DNA from: Centroscyllium fabricii
Taxonomy: Eukaryota
NCBI GenBank assembly: GCA_051313645.2
Contig: JBNRSN020000027.1
Span: 41,168,001 to 41,232,000 of the forward strand
Direction: 5' to 3'
DNA: 64,000 bases
Within the stretch, counting starts at the first letter, position 1; each line of letters starts with the position of its first letter. Made by a program: the position numbers and the translations under genes. This document shows positions 12,442 to 23,348 of this stretch, one piece after another. The notes under the pieces are model-generated. The model was given only the letters and a program-made list of their open reading frames with translations. It was not told where the DNA came from and did not search any database.

Positions 12442-12957
12442 CAGGAAACTCTTTATCCAGCACTGCCGGGACCGGCGTGGTGCCGGTTGATCAAAAGTCC
12501 AGATTAGAGAGAGGTATACTTACCAAGGTAAGATCCCTGTACAGGTGCAGGAGCCCCGGTTACACGGCACTTGTGCAGGAGCCCCGGTTGCACGGCCACA
12601 GGTCCAGGAGTCCCTGTTGCACGGCCACAGGTCCAGGAGCCCCGGTTGCACGGCCACAGGTCCAGGAGTCCCGGTTGCACGGCCACAGGTCCAGGAGTCC
12701 CTAGTTGCACGGCCACAGGTCCAGGAGTCCCTGTTGCACGGCCACAGGTCCAGGAGTCCCTGTTGCACGGCACTTGTGCAGGAGCCCCGGTTGCACGGCC
12801 ACAGGTGCAGGAACCCCGGTTGCACGGCCACAGGTGCAGGAACCCCAGTTACACGGCCACTAACAGATAGTAAACCTTACCTGAACCTACTCCTGAATTT
12901 TGCCGGTTAAGAGAGATTTCCGGATATTTTAGGTGTCGGTTAAGAGAGAGTTTCCTG
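12442..12957. mobile_element. TA-TSD MITE (TIR CAGGAAACTCT) with internal 29-bp minisatellite
   Basis: TA-CAGGAAACTCT...AGAGTTTCCTG-TA; inverted relative at 22232-22568. Confidence 0.8.
12543..12860. repeat. 29-bp tandem repeat (gttgcacggccacaggtccaggagtccct), about 11 copies
   Basis: Directly visible. Confidence 0.9.
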
Positions 12958-13137
12958 TATTGAGTTTCCTTTTTAATTTTGCACATTTCATAAATTTCTT
13001 GAGTAAATGCCAAAGAATTTCACCATAGTATTAGTTTATATTGAATAAAAGTCTTCCCAGCCAGTTCAACCTAGGAGATCATCCACAATTGTTGTTTACA
13101 TCAAAACCAACACACACACATACACAAATACAAACAG

Positions 13138-14008
13138 AGTGTAGTAAACAGTGAGGAAGATAGTAATAGGCTTGAAGAGGACACAGACAGGCTGGTGGAA
13201 TGGGCGGACACATGGCAGATGAAATTCAACTCAGAAAAGTGTGAGGTGATACATTTTGGTGGGAGGAATGAGAGACAAACAATACATGTTAAATGGTACA
13301 ATTTTAAACTGGGTGAAAAAATAGAGACACCTGGGGGTGCTTGTGCACAAATCTTTGAAGGCGGCAGGACAGGTTGACAAAGCAGTTAATAAAGTATATG
13401 GGATCCTGGGCTTTACAAATAAAAGGCAGAGTACAAAAGCCAGGAAGCTATGCTAATCCAATATAAAACACCAGTTCGGCCCCAGTTGGAGTATTGTGTC
13501 CAATTCTGGATACCACACTTGAGGGCTTTGGAGAGGGTACAGGAGAGATTTACTAGACTGGTTCCAGGGATGAGGGACTTCAGTTACGTGGATAGACTGG
13601 AGAAGCTGGGTGTTTAGAAGAGAAGGCCAGGAGGAGATTTGATAGCGGTGCTTATTTACTTTATCGAAACTCATCATCATTTTAAAGAGAAACTGTTTCC
13701 AACGGCTGAAGGGTCGATAACGAAAGGGCACAGATTGGTGACTGGCAAAAGAACCAGAGGCGACATGAGGGAAAACTTTTTAATGCAATGAGAGGTTCGG
13801 GTTCGGAACGCGCTGCCTGATAGGGTGGTGGATACAGATTCAGGAGTCGCCTTCAAAAGGGAATTGGAGAAATACTTGAGAAAAAAATGCAGGGATTTGG
13901 GGAAAGAGCGGGGGAGTGGGACTAACTGGATCGCTCTTCGAAGGAGCCGGCGTAGACTCGATGGGCCGAATGGCCTCCTTCTGTGCTGTACTATTTTATG
14001 AATCTATA
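13138..14008 (+). mobile_element. CR1 LINE 3' fragment
   Basis: EWADTWQMKFNSEKCEVIHFG; 3' UTR gggccgaatggcctccttctgtgctgta. Confidence 0.85.
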
Positions 14009-14405
14009 CAAAATAAGGTATGGTATCAACCATCATTCTTTTGAACAGCTCAAAGGTCAATTTAATGTGTGTACAATTACTAGATCACTGTGCAAATATG
14101 AAATCGTAATTGGAACAAATTTGTCAGAAGTAGATATTTTATTAAAATTTTACTTGGTTTTCAGAACACTGATTGTACATCATCATGGGACAAATTTGCA
14201 TTTCCCCCAGAAGAAAACATTTCAGGGAAGTCATATTTTTCTCAAAGGTCGCATTATAAGAAAGTTTGAAGAAAAACTGTTGCTGCTCACACCTGATTGG
14301 ATACTTTTCCCCCTTTCGCACTAACATCCCCCTTTAGCACTGTCAATGGAAGATATGGATGGGCAGAACCACAGGCTTCAGTCTGTTAGTAGCTTATTAT
14401 CACAG

Positions 14406-14614
14406 TGTGGCGGTACGCCCACGGGGACATCGAATCCGCCACGGGGACTCCGCGGAGCAAAGCCCCGCTCATCCGGGTGATGCGACTGCGTCATCACGTC
14501 GGCCGACGCTTGTCTCGAGTGGTTCTGCCTCTTTCTTGTTTTGTACTTGTTAGTAAAGCTGTGTTTTTCTTTAGCTCTGGCTCACGTGTGGTTCTTGGGC
14601 CTGCCGGCGCTACA
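14406..14614 (+). repeat. 5' LTR (209 bp)
   Basis: tgtggcggta...ggcgctaca, direct repeat of 18573-18804. Confidence 0.92.
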
Positions 14615-14615
14615 G

Positions 14616-14627
14616 TGGTGACCCCGA
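14616..14627 (+). promoter_or_regulatory. Primer binding site complementary to tRNA-Trp 3' end
   Basis: TGGTGACCCCGA equals the first 12 nt of the tRNA-Trp PBS TGGTGACCCCGACGTGAT, 1 nt after the LTR. Confidence 0.85.
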
Positions 14628-14702
14628 ACTGGAACGACTTCCAGTGAAGAAAAAGCTGCCACAGGATCTGGGACCACCAGCCAAAGACTTTTAACAGAAA
14701 GC

Positions 14703-16028
14703 ATGGTTAACCCAAGAAACCAAGCTCCACGATCGCAAGGAGCTGGACAGAACACCGGGCGTGGATTGACTCTACCCGAGTTCTGGGAGCAATGGCCAGC
14801 GGCCTGGTTCGTCTGCATCGAGGCCAGCTGCCGCACACATGGCATCAACGGGGACGACCGCTACGACCTGGTGTTCACAGCCCTACCACAGACGACGATT
14901 GATCGGATGTGGTCAAAAATCCAGCGCGTGCCCAGCGCAGGCAGGTATGAAACGCTTAAGGCCGCGCTCATCAAAAAATTTACCCCCTCCCAATTTGAGC
15001 ACGACTGCCAGCTCCTCGACCTCCCCGAACTCGGGGACGTAGACCCATCGGACCTCTTAGGTCAGATGCAAGCTCTCACACCCAACCCGGCCTCCCTCTT
15101 CCGCACCGTCTTCCTCCTCAAACTGCCCCGCGCCATCAGACCGGCCTTGGCGGCCCTTGGCCACTGGAGCGATGACGAACTCGGAGAGGAGGCCGACAGG
15201 CTCATGGAGGCCCAGCGCACCCGCTCAACCACGTGCGACCCTAACTCCGCATCGGTAGAGCGCAGCCAATCACCCCCCAGGCACAACTTTACGCCTGAAC
15301 CTAGGGCCCCGCGCCCGCCCAGACAACCGCGTCCCTCTAGCACCGGCTGGTGCTATTACCACACGCGGTTCGAACACAAAGCGCACCGCTGCGTCCAGCC
15401 ATGCGCGTTCAAGCCACGGCCCAACTCAGCCCCCACCATGTCTGTAGGCCACACAGGAGCACTGCTCTTCACCACAGACAGCGGTACAGGCCTCAGGTTC
15501 CTCTGCGACACAGGCGCGCAGCACAGCATTGTGCCAGCCTCCCCTGCAGAAACCAAACGAGGTACCCGGGGCCCGCCACTAGCGGCAGCCAACGGCTCTA
15601 ATATAAAAACGTACGGTACCCGCAAGCTAACCATAACCCTTGCAAGCCACGTGTACACCTGGGATTTCGTAACGGCCCAGGTCACTTCTCCCCTCCTCGG
15701 GGCAGACTTCCTCTGCGCCTACGGCCTACTGGTCGATGTAACTCGGCGCCGCCTGGTGAATTTAAACACCATGACGACCATCCCATGCTCCACAGGGCCC
15801 GCACTCGTGGCCCACGCGGCAGCCCAATGCCGCTCCAGGAACTCCGATGCCTACGGCACGCTCCTGGCAGAGTTCCCCGCCCTTACCAACCCCACGTTCA
15901 CCGCCCGCAAGGCCAAACACGGGGTGGAACATTTTATTACCACCACAGGCCCGCCCGTCCATGCCCACGCCCGTAGGCTCAACCCGGCCAAGCAGGAGAT
16001 CGCGCGCACCGAGTTCCACACCATGTAG
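14703..16028 (+). CDS. gag: Gypsy Gag + aspartic protease + start of RT, ended by premature TAG
   Basis: LPEFW...AWF Gag start, CYYH..C..PC (CHCC) motif, FLCDTGAQHS protease motif. Confidence 0.9.
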   Translation: MVNPRNQAPRSQGAGQNTGRGLTLPEFWEQWPAAWFVCIEASCRTHGINGDDRYDLVFTALPQTTIDRMWSKIQRVPSAGRYETLKAALIKKFTPSQFEHDCQLLDLPELGDVDPSDLLGQMQALTPNPASLFRTVFLLKLPRAIRPALAALGHWSDDELGEEADRLMEAQRTRSTTCDPNSASVERSQSPPRHNFTPEPRAPRPPRQPRPSSTGWCYYHTRFEHKAHRCVQPCAFKPRPNSAPTMSVGHTGALLFTTDSGTGLRFLCDTGAQHSIVPASPAETKRGTRGPPLAAANGSNIKTYGTRKLTITLASHVYTWDFVTAQVTSPLLGADFLCAYGLLVDVTRRRLVNLNTMTTIPCSTGPALVAHAAAQCRSRNSDAYGTLLAEFPALTNPTFTARKAKHGVEHFITTTGPPVHAHARRLNPAKQEIARTEFHTM

Positions 16029-18530
16029 CAACTCGGTATAATCCGCCGCTCCAACAGCCCCTGGTCCTCTCCGCTCCACATAGCCCCCAAGCTCGACGGA
16101 GGCTGGCGCCCCTGCGGCGACTACCGCCGCCTTAATAACGCCACCACCCCGGATAGGTACCCCGTACCCCACATCCAGGATTTTTCCGCCAGATTAGCGG
16201 GTTGTACGATCTTCTCTAAGATCGACCTGGTGCGTGGCTATCACCAGGTTCCGGTGCACCCGGCGGATATCCCCAAAACGGCCGTAATTACCCCCTTCGG
16301 ACTCTTCGAGTTTCTTAGGATGCCCTTCGGCCTTAAAAACGCGGCCCAGGCCTTCCAGCGCCTCATGGACTCGGTCCTACGGGACTTGAAGTTCATCTTC
16401 GTCTACTTAGACGACATCCTCGTGGCCAGCACCTCCCCCCAGGAACACCTCCTGCACCTCAGGACCCTGTTCCAACGCCTTACTGAACACGGCCTTATAT
16501 TAAGCCCCACCAAATGTAAATTCGGCCTCGGGACCATTGACTTCCTCGGCCACCGCATCTCCCAAACCGGGGCCATACCCCTGCCCTCGAAGGTCCAGGC
16601 GGTACAAGAATTTCCCCGCCCGCACTCCATTAAAGGGCTGCAGGAATTTCTGGGGATGGTTAATTTTTATAACCGCTTTATCCCTGGAGCAGCCGCTCTC
16701 ATGGCCCCCTTTTACCAGGCCACCCGCGGGCAGTCCAATAAGGCTGCGGTCGAGTGGACGGCCGAAGCCGCCACCGCCTTTATCGCAACTAAAGCCGCCC
16801 TGGCAAACGCCACCCTCCTAGCCCACCCTAGGCCCAACGCCAGAGTAGCCCTCACCACCGACGCCTCCGACCATGCGGTCGGGGCCGTATTTGAACAGTG
16901 GACCGGCAACTCATGGCAGCCCTTGGCCTTTTTTAGCCGGCAACTCCGGCCCCCAGAGGTTAAATACAGCGCCTTTGATAGAGAGCTGCTCGCTCTCCAT
17001 CTGGCGGTGCGACATTTTCGTTTCCTCTTGGAGGGCCGCCACTTTACAGCCTTCAGCGACCACAAGCCACTCACATTTGCGATGGCTAAGGTCGCTGAAC
17101 CCTGGTCGGCCAGGCAGCAGCGCCAACTCGCGGCCATGTCGGAATTCACAACCGACATACAGCACATTTCCGGCCGCGACAACGTGGTTGCTGACTGCCT
17201 CTCACGACCCACCATTAACGCCGCCCAAATGGCGGTCGATTACGCCCAGCTGGCCGCTGACCAGCTGGCCGACCCTGACCTACTTAACGCAGCAACTAAT
17301 CTTCCCGGCCTACACTTGGCCAATATCGCGCACGGCCCCGCTGCCACCGTCGTCTGCTGCGACGTTTCGTTACCGCAACCCAGGCCCATCGTGCCCCACG
17401 CTTGGAGGCAACATATCTTTAGGACCCTCCACGACCTGTCCCACCCCGGCGCCCGCGCGTCCATTAAGCTAATATTGGCCCGTTTCGTATGGCGCGGCCT
17501 GCGCAAAGACGTCCGCGCCTGGGCCAGCTCCTGCATAGCCTGCCAGCGCTCCAAAGTGCATAAGCACATCAGGGCACCGCTGGAAAATTTTAAAGTACCG
17601 GCCAGGCGTTTTGACCACGTCCACATAGATCTCGTCGGGCCACTACCGCCATCCCGGGGCCACACGCACCTAATGACCATGGTCGACCGCAACACCCGCT
17701 GGCCAGAAGCAGTCCCCCTCACTGCCACCGGCACCACGGACTTGGCCAGGGCGTTCATCGCCACCTGGGTCGCCCGATTTGGCGTGCCCACAGACATCAC
17801 CTCCGACAGAGGACCCCAGTTTACGTCGGCATTATGGGCGGCCATCGCCCGCGACCTCGGGGTAATGCTACACCGAACCACCGCATACCACCCACAGGCG
17901 AACGGCCTATGCGAACGGTTCCACCGCTTGATGAAGGCATCACTACGGGCCACGCTAAAGGACGCATCGTGGACCGACCGCCTTCCATGGGTCCTCCTCG
18001 GGCTGCGCTCGGCAGTCAAAGAAGACCTCAACGCCTCGGCAGCGGAGCTCGTCTACGGCCAAACTTTAACGGTGCCGGACGAGTTCCTGGCTGAGCCCAA
18101 CGCTCCCTGGTCAGCCGACCAGTATTTAAAAGATTTTGCTAACCCGGCACGAGCTTTCCAACCACTACCAGTGGCCCGGCATGGAGAGCCGGCGGCTCGG
18201 GTGCCGGGCAACATAAAAAATGCCAAATTTGTGTTCGTTCGGCGCGACGGACACCGTTCTCCACTACAGCCACCTTACGATGGCCCCTACAGAGTGCTTC
18301 GGGCGGGAGCGAAAGCTTTCGAATTACAATTGGGTAACAGGACTGAAACTGTAACAATAGACCGGCTCAAGCCGGCACATGTGATAGCAGGCGAGACCAC
18401 GGTCCCCGCACAACCACCTCAACGCGGTCGCCCTCCCGCAACAAAACCCGCCCACACTCCACCGCAGAACCAGAGACTACTAGCAACACGGTCCGGCCGC
18501 ATCATCCGGCCACCCCAACAGCACACATAG
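16029..18530 (+). CDS. pol: Gypsy Pol (RT, RNase H, integrase), same frame as the upstream ORF
   Basis: [45 protein letters not shown] residues, GPY motif. Confidence 0.93.
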   Translation, partial: QLGIIRRSNSPWSSPLHIAPKLDGGWRPCGDYRRLNNATTPDRYPVPHIQDFSARLAGCTIFSKIDLVRGYHQVPVHPADIPKTAVITPFGLFEFLRMPFGLKNAAQAFQRLMDSVLRDLKFIFVYLDDILVASTSPQEHLLHLRTLFQRLTEHGLILSPTKCKFGLGTIDFLGHRISQTGAIPLPSKVQAVQEFPRPHSIKGLQEFLGMVNFYNRFIPGAAALMAPFYQATRGQSNKAAVEWTAEAATAFIATKAALANATLLAHPRPNARVALTTDASDHAVGAVFEQWTGNSWQPLAFFSRQLRPPEVKYSAFDRELLALHLAVRHFRFLLEGRHFTAFSDHKPLTFAMAKVAEPWSARQQRQLAAMSEFTTDIQHISGRDNVVADCLSRPTINAAQMAVDYAQLAADQLADPDLLNAATNLPGLHLANIAHGPAATVVCCDVSLPQPRPIVPHAWRQHIFRTLHDLSHPGARASIKLILARFVWRGLRKDVRAWASSCIACQRSKVHKHIRAPLENFKVPARRFDHVHIDLVGPLPPSRGHTHLMTMVDRNTRWPEAVPLTATGTTDLARAFIATWVARFGVPTDITSDRGPQFTSALWAAIARDLGVMLHRTTAYHPQANGLCERFHRLMKASLRATLKDASWTDRLPWVLLGLRSAVKEDLNASAAELVYGQTLTVPDEFLAEPNAPWSADQYLKDFANPARAFQPLPVARHGEPAARVPGNIKNAKFVFVRRDGHRSPLQPPYDGPYRVLRAGAKAFELQLGNRTETVTIDRLKPAHVIAGETTVPAQPPQRGRPPATKPAHTPPQNQRLLATRSGRIIRPPQQHT

Positions 18531-18572
18531 ACACTGTCACTATTCCTCCCGGACGGATTCTGGGGGGAGCTG

Positions 18573-18804
18573 TGTGGCGGTACGCCCACGGGGACATCGA
18601 ATCCGCCACGGGGACTCCGCGGAGCAAAGCCCCGCTCATCTGGGTGACCACGTCGGCCGACGCGATGACGTCACCAACCGCGGGACCGTTTAAATATGCT
18701 TGTCTCGAGTGGTTCTGCCTCTTTCTTGTTTTGTACTTGTTAGTAAAGCTGTGTTTTTCTTTAGCTCTGGCTCACGTGTGGTTCTTGGGCCTGCCGGCGC
18801 TGCA
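18573..18804 (+). repeat. 3' LTR (232 bp)
   Basis: Follows PPT; tgtggcggta...ggcgctgca. Confidence 0.92.
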
Positions 18805-19106
18805 CCAGCCATATAAACCAGACTTTACTGGATTTCCTTAGACAGAATTAAACATTTTCAAGTTACAACAGTTTTGCAATTCTTTAGAACTAATGAAGGC
18901 TGTGAAGGAATCAGGCACCGAAGATTAACACTTGCAGCTGCTTTATGGATTGGAAATGTTTGCTACATCAGTGTGAAATAAGCACCAGTTTAAATCTGTT
19001 CCTAGTATTTCAAATCAGTTTACTAAAAAGTATTAAATGTCAAAACTTTTACAACTATCCCTAAATTTATAAGAAAATAATGATGTAATAAAACCACAGA
19101 TACAAA

Positions 19107-19898
19107 GGGCTGGATTTTCATTGAGGAGGCGGGACTACAACTTTCGGGGTTCTAGTCCCGCCTCCATCGAGTTCTAGCCAACCCGCGGGATTTTGACTTG
19201 ATTGACCTTGTTGAGCTCGCCCAGCGGACTCAGCAGGCCAATTAAGGGCCACCCAGCAACAGGTGACATCACAGATTGATATTTCATCTGCCAAGACCTT
19301 TTGACAGGTGAAATATCAGCGTTTCACAGTTGTTTGAAGCTGTCAAACACTGAGTCTGTACTCCAAGTTAATTCCTTCTTCTCAGGATGATTTAGAGATC
19401 TCTCCGGAACCGAAAGCTGAATGCTGCAACTTTTGACAGCTGGCGGCCATTCTGCTTTCTGTGCCGGTGAGATGAGGGACTCCCGAGACCTGAAAGAAGG
19501 AAGGCTGTAAATGTAAGTAAAACTTCTTTAAACACTTTAAAACACACCAAACACACTTACCTCTGCACTCATGCACCCATCACTCACCTGAACACCGGAC
19601 ATCTCGACCCCTCCAAGCCCTTTAGCCCGCCTCGCTAGCTTGCCGTGGTTTGGAGCTGTCGGGAATCCCACATTTCAGCAATGAAAATAGGGATTAAGCT
19701 AAAAACTGCCCGTTAGCTCGCAATTAATTGGCACTAATCCCCTTCCCGCCTCGGGGAGGTGGGTTCCAGTGCGGGTCGGGTACCTGCCTCCTTTGAAACT
19801 GGCATGGAGGCGGGTTGGGGGCAGGATGAGTTCGTGCCCCCCGATTTCGGGATGTTAAATCCCCCACACGCCTCCACGGCCCAATGAAAATCCTGCCC
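19107..19898. mobile_element. Harbinger-like MITE, TIR GGGCWGGATTTTCATTG, TSD AAA
   Basis: 17-bp TIR with one mismatch; copies at 30074, 47883, 58355. Confidence 0.85.
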
Positions 19899-20120
19899 AA
19901 AGTATTTGAAACCTTCTAACAGTTAACAACTGCCTCCACGAAAGGCTCCTTTTTATAAAATGGGTCAAAAAGTTAAACATTAGTTATTCAATAATTACAA
20001 AGAATAAACTATGAAAGCCTTTTCGAATTCCAGATTATGGTTTTGTTTCAAATGCAAGGTGACTTGTTTTAATTTTCACACAATAATTCAAATAATAACT
20101 TCAATAGAAAAGTACCATAC

Positions 20121-20206
20121 CTGCAAACTCCAATCCTACAACAGGAAAGAAGTTTTTCACATTGTTCAGTGCAAGCTTAACCATTCCTAAACGAATCAGA
20201 GCCCAA
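20121..20206 (-). CDS. DMXL2: DMXL2 coding exon (WALIRLGMVKLALNNVKNFFPVVGLEFA)
   Basis: cag/gtatgg boundaries, 86 nt. Confidence 0.92.
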
Positions 20207-20404
20207 CTGTAAAATAAATGCAAACGGCATTAGCAGACACTTCAACATTGTTTTTTACAAACATCAACATTAGGGGCTAAATTGGAGATTCCCAACTAGA
20301 GCCATCCTCCCTGCTAGGTAACTCTAATGAAATAATTATGGGGAACTTCTTTACAGCTCCACTGCAAACAACAGGAGGACACAGGTGTGTCTTTAGACCC
20401 GTCT

Positions 20405-20790
20405 GGGCGGCACGGTGGCATAGTGGTTAGCACTGTTGCCTCACAGCACTGGAGACCCGGGTTCAAATCCAGCCTCGGGTACTATCTGTGTGGAGTTTGC
20501 ACATTCTCCCCGTGTCTGCGTGGGTTTCCTCCGGGTGCTCCGGTTTCCTCCCACAGCCCAAAGATGTATGGGTTAGGTTGATTGGCCAAGATAAATTGAC
20601 CCTTAGTGTTAGGGGGATTGAATATGTGGGGTTACGAGGATAGGGTGGGATATGTGTCGGTGCAGGCTCGAGAGGGATATGGGGAGAGGGCAGGGGCGGG
20701 GTACTGGGTTTGGATGATCAGCCATGATCTCATTGAATGGCTCGAAGGGCCGAACGGCCTACTCCTGCTCCTAGTTTCTATGTCTATGTC
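20405..20790 (+). mobile_element. tRNA-derived V-SINE (HE1-like) with CR1-derived tail
   Basis: A box tggcatagtggtt, B box ggttcaaatcc, V-domain gtggagtttgcacattctcccc, tail shared with CR1 3' UTR. Confidence 0.88.
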
Positions 20791-21394
20791 TCTATATCTG
20801 AGATCCGGGTCGGCCCAGCCGAAGCCATCTGGCCCTGGGAATCGTTTTTATAGCTTTGCAAATTCTTCTTTGGCACAAGCCAGCATTTATAAGTTTCTGA
20901 CTCCAGCTCTATCAACCTTCCTGGTGGCCCGGTCAAGTCATAGTAGTGGTGCATAACCTTGCAGCTGTGTTCAATAACAGGATGGCCTCGTTACCCAAAT
21001 CCAGTCATGAAACCTAGTTTTCACTCCAGAACATGGTCTGCTCATGTCCCTATATTCTTCTCCCTTCGCTGCCGAAACCGGAATTGCGATCAGTGAAGAT
21101 GCCGAGGAAATAGGGAGCCTACCAAGAATCACCAGATTAGTGATAAAACTGACATCTGGAGAGAGCATCATTTACTTGTATAAAAAGGGGGAAATACTTT
21201 GAATAGAAAGAATGGAATAAAAAGAACTCCCCCTACACTTTATCCCCCTCAAAACTGAATTATACACTGCCAATTTTATAAAATATACACATACTAAAGC
21301 CTCTTAAAACAGCTAGGTTTAAACAAACAATTCTGCAAATGACTTTTGTCTATTGGCTTTTTATATGTAGATTTAAATATTGCATGACGCGATT

Positions 21395-21792
21395 GGGCGA
21401 CACGGTGGCACAGTGGGTAGCACTGTTGCCTCACAGCACTGGAGACCCGGGTTCAAATCCGGCCTCGGGTACTATCTGTGTGGAGTTTGCACATTCTCCT
21501 CGTGTCTGCGTGGGTTTCCTCCGGGTGCTCCGGTTTCCTCCCACAGTCCAAAGATGTGCGGGTTAGGTTGATTGGCCAGGATAAATTGACCATTAGTGTT
21601 AGGGGGATTAAATATGTGGGGTTACGGGGATAGGGTGGGATATGTTTCGGTGCAGGCTCGATAGGGATCGAGGGATATGGGGAGAGGGCAGGGGTGCTGG
21701 GTTTGGATGATCAGCCATGATCTCATTGAATGGCGGAGCAGGCTCGAAGGGCTGAATGGCCTACTCCTGCTCCTATCTTCTATGTTTCTATG
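21395..21792 (+). mobile_element. V-SINE (HE1-like), second copy, ending about 35 bp from an exon
   Basis: Highly similar to the 20405 copy. Confidence 0.88.
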
Positions 21793-21825
21793 ATTGTTAT
21801 TGCAACAAAGATCCTTGTAACTAAC

Positions 21826-21965
21826 CTGTAAGAGTTAGCATCTGAATGCTCTTGCAGCTGAGTGTCAGAAATAAAAGCATCATCGTCGTCCTCGTCATCA
21901 TCATCACTAGGGATACTTTCATCTGAGTCATACAGAAAGCCACTCTCAGATGCAGGTAGGAACGG
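21826..21965 (-). CDS. DMXL2: DMXL2 coding exon (PFLPASESGFLYDSDESIPSDDDD...DANSY)
   Basis: aag/gttagt boundaries, 140 nt. Confidence 0.9.
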
Positions 21966-22231
21966 CTTAAAGCACAAATACAACAACAGATTAAAATGAG
22001 ATCAGGTGAAGAATTTCAAAAATATATGGCTGTTGACAAGGTTTATGCTTTCCTGGTTAAATTCAATAATGATGCAATGTGTTCAATGAGCACTTTGCTC
22101 CACTATTCTGCAGCTGTTTATGTACAGAATTTGTCAGATGTGTTATTTTCTATGTTAACAAAATTGTCATAAAAGTTGATCATTGTACAGTAACTGGATT
22201 TTATAAGCTTTATGGTTACAAGTACATAATA

Positions 22232-22568
22232 CAGGAAACTCTTGATTTACCGGCACCTAAATAACCGGAAATCTCTGTTAACCAGCAAAATTCAGGAGTA
22301 GGTTCAGGTAAGCTTTACTTCGTATTAGTGGCCGTTCCTGCATGTGTGGCTGTGTAACTGGGGCTCCTGCACCCGTTGCTAAGCAACAGGGAAGCCTGAA
22401 TTTGTGGCCGTGGTTCTTGCACCTGTTGTTAAGCAACAGGGAAGCCTGGATTTGTTGCCGTGTGCAGGGCTCTTGTACCTTTTAACTATACCTCTCTGTA
22501 ATTCGGACCTTTTGATAAACCGACACCATGCCGGTCCTGTCGGTGCCAGATAAAAAAAGAGTTTCCTG
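22232..22568. mobile_element. TA-TSD MITE (TIR CAGGAAACTCT), inverted relative of 12442
   Basis: TA-CAGGAAACTCTT...AAGAGTTTCCTG-TA. Confidence 0.8.
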
Positions 22569-22732
22569 TATATTCATGGTGCAAGAAAAACTAAACTTTG
22601 GAATTCAGCAACATCCATTAAATCAAGCAAAATGCTACAAGAAGATTGAAACACATTCAAGATATGACTGAATTAAACAAAATATTAGTGGAATAAAATA
22701 ACTACATTACATTTTAAATATACCGTTCTCAC

Positions 22733-22905
22733 CTTGGCTACAAAATAATCCCACATACTGAGCTCAGGTGGAATAAATTTTTCTTTGTACGACGGTCTCT
22801 CTGCAGGCACAGGTGGGGGTGTTGAAGGCTCTTTTACAGGTCTACCAGGAACCAACATCTTCATGTTAAATCGGCGTCGATATCGGTCAATGTCCTCTGG
22901 AGGAA
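22733..22905 (-). CDS. DMXL2: DMXL2 coding exon (PPEDIDRYRRRFNMKMLVPGRPVK...SMWDYFVAK)
   Basis: cag/gtgaga boundaries, 173 nt; acceptor position slightly less certain. Confidence 0.88.
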
Positions 22906-23126
22906 CTGTTCAGAGCAATGTGACAGATATGCTGCGAGAAATCTTTGGCGGTGTAGTTGCATATATAGATAATAATGGTTGACCTAAACCTAAATAGCTC
23001 AGTTTAGTATCTGCCCAAGATCCTTAGATTGATAGTCCAAACAAAGACTGGTAGCTCTGTACCAGACATTCAAGAGGCATCAACTAAACTTGACCAGCAT
23101 CATACTCAAATATAGCACAAAAGGTC

Positions 23127-23348
23127 TGATGTAATAAAGACTTACTACGCCCTTGGTTGACTATAAAGCAAGGCTTTAATTGACTTATAACAAAACATAG
23201 AGAGCGAGTTAGCAGTCACTAGCTTCATGGTTCCAGATTGTCTCTGGCCAAGTTGGGCCTACGCCCGAGTATTTATACTCCTTGGACGGCGCCCTCAGCT
23301 GGCCGTCCAGTAGCACTTAGAGTTATTCTACAGTAGTGATTTATGACA
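23127..23348 (-). mobile_element. Solo LTR, 222 bp, 5-bp TSD AGGTC
   Basis: aggtc-TG...CA-aggtc; TATAAATA then ATTAAA on the minus strand. Confidence 0.7.

Larger units (their letters stand above)
14406..18804 (+). mobile_element. Full-length Ty3/Gypsy LTR retrotransposon, CsRn1/Kabuki-type
   Basis: TG..CA LTRs, PBS, polypurine tract ggggggag before 3' LTR, gag-PR-RT-RH-IN order, flanks acag/ccag. Confidence 0.95.

Noticed and set aside
12543-12860. CRISPR-like array of 29-bp repeats and overlapping ORFs
   Set aside because: Units are contiguous with no unique spacers, no cas genes, and lie inside a MITE in a vertebrate intron
16712-18031. Long antisense and alternate-frame ORFs over pol
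   Set aside because: Expected shadows of a GC-rich coding sequence; no recognisable motifs
20405-20480. tRNA gene-like sequence (also 21395 and 33374)
   Set aside because: SINE heads continuing into V-domain and LINE tail
21060-21180. ATG CCG AGG AAA resembling a ribosomal-protein retrocopy start
   Set aside because: Stop after four codons and no further similarity
22906-22983. Upstream alternative acceptor for exon 22733-22905
   Set aside because: In-frame TGA just before the proximal acceptor
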